DNA from: Fistulifera solaris
Taxonomy: Eukaryota
Length of the DNA stretch: 64,000 nucleotides
Reading direction: 5' to 3'
Assembly (NCBI GenBank): GCA_030295235.1
Contig: AP026173.1
Location: 434,001 to 498,000 of the forward strand
Part shown: piece after piece, positions 59,845 to 64,000 of the stretch
Position numbering within the stretch: the first letter of the stretch is position 1
Layout: each line of letters begins with the position of its first letter
Translations under genes and position numbers: made by a program
Notes under the pieces: model-generated
The model's input: the letters and a program-made list of their open reading frames with translations, nothing else
Told to the model about the DNA's origin: nothing
Database searches by the model: none

Positions 59845-60918
59845 ATGATAGTTACAACCGCACTCCTATTAATCTTTATAGAACGCGCGAACGGCTTTGG
59901 GTTGAGCCGGTTGCCTCAGCGAGCTCATTGCTTGGGCTTCTCTTCGACCAGCATCGAACTTCCACCCACCCATCCGTCTCCTCCCCACACATTTGCAGGA
60001 TTGGTCGAACAAGCCATTCAAGAACGTTATCAAAATGTGGATCGAGTTTTAGAATCGTGGCGGTTGTTGGAACTGGGATACCAGCACAAAGTATTTGTTG
60101 GGGAAGATAAGACTAGCGAGGACAATCCCATGCTGTATCAGGAATGTCACTCGTACGTACCAGGCTTGACGATACAACCCTTCTGGAATGTTGATACAGT
60201 CTCGTGGGCACAGAAACTCGAAGCCAAGTATCCCATCATATTGAAAGAATTTCAGAAAGCGACAGCGAACCGAGAACAGCTGCAACAACAAGGCAACAAC
60301 ATTTGGACGGGGGCGTTGACGGAAGATGCCAGTAGCTACGGCGTGGGATGGAAAACTCTGGTTCTCATGGATCGGGGTGTTTGGGATCCTGTCAATGTCG
60401 AATTATTCCCGAAAACGGCGCAAGCTGTACGAGATGCGGGTGTTCCGGCGGTCGAAGTCTTTTTTGCCAGTATGGAGCCCCATTCGAGAATACAACCGCA
60501 TTCAGATTTTACCAACTTTGTGTTGACGAGTCATCTGGCGCTTGATATCCCTTATTCAGGGACAAATCAGTGTCGCTTGACAATTGCGGATCAGACGCGG
60601 GAATGGATCAATGGCGAAGTGATGCTTTTTGATACATCTTTGATGCACGATGCCGTCAACGACAGCGATCGAACACGGTATATTCTAATGTTTCGCGTGT
60701 GGCATCCTGATTTGACTGATTCTGAACGCCAGGCGTTGCAATTCATCTATGATTGTTTGAATGCACCCGAAATTGTGACGGGAGCGACAGCGGAAGAAAG
60801 GGAACGAACTGAGTTGGCAATGCTTGCCGCAAGAACGTTCCCCGCCAAGAAGAATGGATCCCAAGGGTTTGGAGTCCAAAGTACAACTAGCAAGTCTTCA
60901 AAGAAGAAAAGGAAATAA
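59845..60918 (+). CDS. Aspartyl/asparaginyl beta-hydroxylase-like 2OG-Fe(II) oxygenase with presequence
   Basis: GL...PFW, FPKT, FFA.M.P.S.I.PHSD.TN..LT.HL.L, W..G....FDTS..H.A.N, R.IL...VWHPDL. Signal ending ANG|F. Confidence 0.85.
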   Translation: MIVTTALLLIFIERANGFGLSRLPQRAHCLGFSSTSIELPPTHPSPPHTFAGLVEQAIQERYQNVDRVLESWRLLELGYQHKVFVGEDKTSEDNPMLYQECHSYVPGLTIQPFWNVDTVSWAQKLEAKYPIILKEFQKATANREQLQQQGNNIWTGALTEDASSYGVGWKTLVLMDRGVWDPVNVELFPKTAQAVRDAGVPAVEVFFASMEPHSRIQPHSDFTNFVLTSHLALDIPYSGTNQCRLTIADQTREWINGEVMLFDTSLMHDAVNDSDRTRYILMFRVWHPDLTDSERQALQFIYDCLNAPEIVTGATAEERERTELAMLAARTFPAKKNGSQGFGVQSTTSKSSKKKRK

Positions 60919-60943
60919 GTACTGTGATTCATAACGAATTACT

Positions 60944-62962
60944 TTAGTCGAAAAGAAACTGATCTTCGTTTTCTACTCGAAGTATGCTTCCCTGAGGTAG
61001 TGTCTTTATTAGCTCATCTAATGCCACCTTGACGTTTCGATCCATCAGGTCCTTGCTTGAAAAACCCTCTCTCTTCGTTACAGTCGAGTTCCGCACTCCA
61101 TTCATGGCAGGCAGTAGACGGCCTTCTACAGTGATCACGGTCTTGACTTCGGGATGGCTCAAGTACGGGTAGCTCCCAATCGTTACGCTAGGATGATTTT
61201 CAACCACTTTGTTGAGGACAGAGACAATCAAGTTTTCGTCCACCGATAGGACAACTTTGTACGCTTCGCTGCGCTCAAGTTGACATGACAAGTATTCTGC
61301 CACGTTCTCGATTTTCTTCTCAAAAAATTCGGGGACACCAGGAAGAATAAATATATTTTGACATTGCAGAACAGGCCAATCTTTCGGATTTTCCGACAAA
61401 TATCGCAGTTTGGAAGTTCGAGGAAGTGTCGCCATTTTCACTTGTGCTTCTGTGAGTTCAGCGGAATGATCCGTGTTCATCTTTTCTCGCAACAAATCCA
61501 CCATTTCATCGTGGAGCTCCAGGTCACACTGTAATGCAGCGGCCACGCTTTTGATCGTTACATCGTCATGAGTAGGGCCAACTCCTCCTGAAGTAATAAT
61601 AATATCCACTTGTTGCTCAAGTCGCTGAATTTCGTGACAAATGTCTTCAAGATCATCCGAAACTACCACCACGCGTTTTAGATGAACATTGTGCTTCCGA
61701 AGCGCCTTGGCTGCCGCATGTGTGTTGGTGTCGGCTGTTCGACCCTTCAGAATCTCATCGCCGATCACCAGCATGCCTACAGTACGGGGTGAATCGTTGT
61801 CAGGTTGGTAGGAAACACAAGATTCGTCTTCTGCCTGCACTGGGACTGTAACACCGTTCTGCGTTGGCTTGACGATAGAGTAGGACGACAAATGAGCGCT
61901 CGAAGACTCTGGGGAAGACAAATCAGTCTGTTGCACGGTGCTATTGCTTGCTTTTGCCTTTTGTCTAGGTATTCTTCCTGCTCGCTCCTGATCGTAGTCT
62001 CGCAGCATATATGCCGGCCAGTATTCCGGAACATTGTTTTCGCCGTCTCCTTCGTGTATTCCAGCCACCGCTAACGCTGGGCACGGCAGCGTATCAAGCA
62101 CAGTCCCCAAGCTTGTGTAACCTTGATCGTACAACGAGCAATATGGCAGGTGAAAGAACCGTAGGAAGTGCCAAATGTGTCCGTAGGACCAGTCTAAAAT
62201 TGGATTGACGCGCATGAATGGAGGCATGTAGGAACTGCTCGGAGCGAAAATTCCCTGATCCCCAGCGTTCGGATCTGTCGTTCGAGTACCGAGCACAAAA
62301 GCCATGGGTGATGTTTGTGATGAGGAAACGTCCAAGCAATTGTTTGATACGAGCACATCCAATCCTTCCGCAAATTTAACTCCCCGTTGAAACGCAATCA
62401 TTTCAAGCTCATAATCCTCTACTGACTGCCGTACAAAGTCCAGAATTTCTGGAAACTCGTCGGGATTATCAAAATAGATAACGCGAGGCCGATAGCGTAG
62501 AACGTGTGGATTCTCAACATAGTAATGAGCCAGGGCGGCTCGTAATAAATGTAAGATCGCCACCGCATCTTTGCCGCCATTAAAGGAGCAAATCACAGAA
62601 GCCGCTCCGTACAAGCGCAGTGCTTGATGAAGCACTTTTAACGATGAATCAAAGTAGTCTTTGATATAGCTGTCATTGCATTGAGTAAGCTTTTGATAGA
62701 GCGTGTGCGCATCGAGGATCTGAGCTTCCGTCCAGAGTCCTCGGTGTTGCAAAGCAGCCGTAGGATTTTCTCGATCCAACGTTCGCCAAGAAGGTATCGT
62801 TTCCTGACAGCGAATAGTCGCCATAGTAGCAATATTTCCGACGTTTATAGCGTTTCTGAAACGATGGGGCGCGAGGAAAGCGTTCGATTGGAGGAGTAGA
62901 GATAATAAAAAAACGACCGAAAGCGCGTATCTTGTTGTAAGCATATTCGAGGACTTTCGCAT
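60944..62962 (-). CDS. Bifunctional FAD synthase (PAPS-reductase domain plus C-terminal molybdopterin-binding/CinA-like domain)
   Basis: SFNGGKD, GTR.TDP, MRVNPILDW.Y, YCSLYDQGYTSLG, ERAGR, then IGDEILKG...DTN, SGGVGPTHDDVT, ILPGVP. Signal ending SNA|FLAP. Confidence 0.92.
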   Translation of the reverse strand: MRKSSNMLTTRYALSVVFLLSLLLQSNAFLAPHRFRNAINVGNIATMATIRCQETIPSWRTLDRENPTAALQHRGLWTEAQILDAHTLYQKLTQCNDSYIKDYFDSSLKVLHQALRLYGAASVICSFNGGKDAVAILHLLRAALAHYYVENPHVLRYRPRVIYFDNPDEFPEILDFVRQSVEDYELEMIAFQRGVKFAEGLDVLVSNNCLDVSSSQTSPMAFVLGTRTTDPNAGDQGIFAPSSSYMPPFMRVNPILDWSYGHIWHFLRFFHLPYCSLYDQGYTSLGTVLDTLPCPALAVAGIHEGDGENNVPEYWPAYMLRDYDQERAGRIPRQKAKASNSTVQQTDLSSPESSSAHLSSYSIVKPTQNGVTVPVQAEDESCVSYQPDNDSPRTVGMLVIGDEILKGRTADTNTHAAAKALRKHNVHLKRVVVVSDDLEDICHEIQRLEQQVDIIITSGGVGPTHDDVTIKSVAAALQCDLELHDEMVDLLREKMNTDHSAELTEAQVKMATLPRTSKLRYLSENPKDWPVLQCQNIFILPGVPEFFEKKIENVAEYLSCQLERSEAYKVVLSVDENLIVSVLNKVVENHPSVTIGSYPYLSHPEVKTVITVEGRLLPAMNGVRNSTVTKREGFSSKDLMDRNVKVALDELIKTLPQGSILRVENEDQFLFD

Positions 62963-63384
62963 CTAATTCCTCGTTCCTTGCTCCGCAAACAATCTCTGTT
63001 ATTGCCGTTGCTATCTCGTGATGAATTCAAATCGGCAATTCTTCTTTTGTCAACCAATGGCAATAGCAATAACGATCCGAGTCTCGCAAAGGTATATAAA
63101 GACAAAAGAATTTTTTGCCAGCTGCGTTACCGTCACAACTTTATTCACTCTAAGGTTTAGGGTTAATAATACTAGGGACTCAAAAAGTCGCGATGATGGT
63201 TGGCGCGATATGCTTATAACGATGCAGCGCAACTAATCGTAAGTTTCATTTCCAGTCCGTCTTTATGAAATCGATAAGCTACATCAATCTACTTATGAAG
63301 CGCAGCTTTAACTTTCGCTTCCTTCTGCATGGCAGTAACTGCTGCAAGCCAGTGCGGGGAATTGACACAAACAAACCGACTTTG

Positions 63385-63880
63385 ATCTTCAACTGTTAAC
63401 GCACTGAATCGACCACCGGCCGTATTCTGATATCAACACATCAGTGATGTAACGATGTCCAAGATCGCCTTCGTTTGTGCACCAAAAGTCTCACTGTCAC
63501 CTTTTCTCTCAGTCATACATTCGATGACAGCCTCGCTATGATGTCCGGTGGCGCTGTAACGAAATCATTTTTCTCTTCGCTTTGAAAGTGAACATTCTTG
63601 TTGTGATCTCATATATGGTGGACTCCTTCACAATAATCGTTCACCGCGGACATTTTAAAGCAGGGCGGACACGCCGATTTCATCCAATTGTGAAACCGAA
63701 GGGTTGCTTCTTTGTACATGTTGTAGTAATCCGCCACTTTCGATTGTGGCAGAGTTATTAGATTTCACGTTCTTGCCGTGATATGTGCCCGGAGTGAACT
63801 GCTTCAGAGACGGCGGCTGCCCGCTCTGAAGCACAGCCGGCGAAGCTGACTTTATGCCGGCCTTGCCCCTTTTCTTGTTG
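63385..63880 (-). pseudogene. Decayed, internally deleted paralogue of the DUF6604-like gene
   Basis: Minus-strand translation YNMYKEATLRFHNWMKSACPPCFKMSAVNDYCEGVHHI*DHNKNV...PPDIIARLSSNV*LREKVT/..DLGHRYITDVL..AGGRFSALTVED. Stops at 63609-63611 and 63513-63515, frameshifts, and loss of roughly 25 codons between DVL and GGRF. Confidence 0.85.
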
Positions 63881-64000
63881 ATAAGGATTTTACTTGTGCG
63901 GATTCGCAGGATCCAGTTTTTTTATTTCAAACAAAGTTGATGTTGTTGTGGGTGGCGGTGTTTTTGTTTCGTTATTTCTTGCGCGCGTCGTTCACAATCT

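Noticed and set aside
305..63236. Numerous antisense and alternative-frame ORFs in the track (e.g. 305-562, 3761-4180, 23646-24311, 36012-36611, 54015-54728)
   Set aside because: They are shadows of real genes or pseudogenes on the other strand or frame and have no independent motifs.

Overview
Gene-dense eukaryotic nuclear DNA, most likely from a diatom (inference from 60-130 nt GT-AG introns, short intergenic spacers and bipartite plastid presequences with ASAF-type cleavage sites). About 30 protein-coding genes can be reconstructed. Many are broken by single-base slips in homopolymer runs, which looks like uncorrected long-read error rather than real pseudogenisation. Recognisable genes include a SET-domain methyltransferase, RPC34, aminopeptidase N, two tandem TMEM184 paralogues, a KH protein, UBE2S, METH, OLA1/YchF, COX16, VTE4, a YafJ-like amidohydrolase, a JmjC protein, a class-V PLP enzyme, an ATG14/UVRAG-like protein, an RluA synthase, a secreted LRR protein, an AspH-like hydroxylase and FAD synthase. 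Four things stand out. (1) A roughly 2,100-aa B12-dependent methionine synthase carries two in-frame, nearly identical copies of its homocysteine+folate catalytic half. (2) A large plastid-targeted protein has a membrane hairpin, repeat and coiled-coil spacers and two C-terminal domains resembling pyrenoid-shell (PyShell) domains. (3) A small plastid-targeted Trp/Pro repeat protein is a candidate multivalent linker and has four TGACGT/ACGTCA elements upstream. (4) An uncharacterised DUF6604-like gene is present in three dispersed copies, two of them decayed and missed by the ORF track. No rRNA, tRNA, CRISPR array or recognisable transposase was seen.
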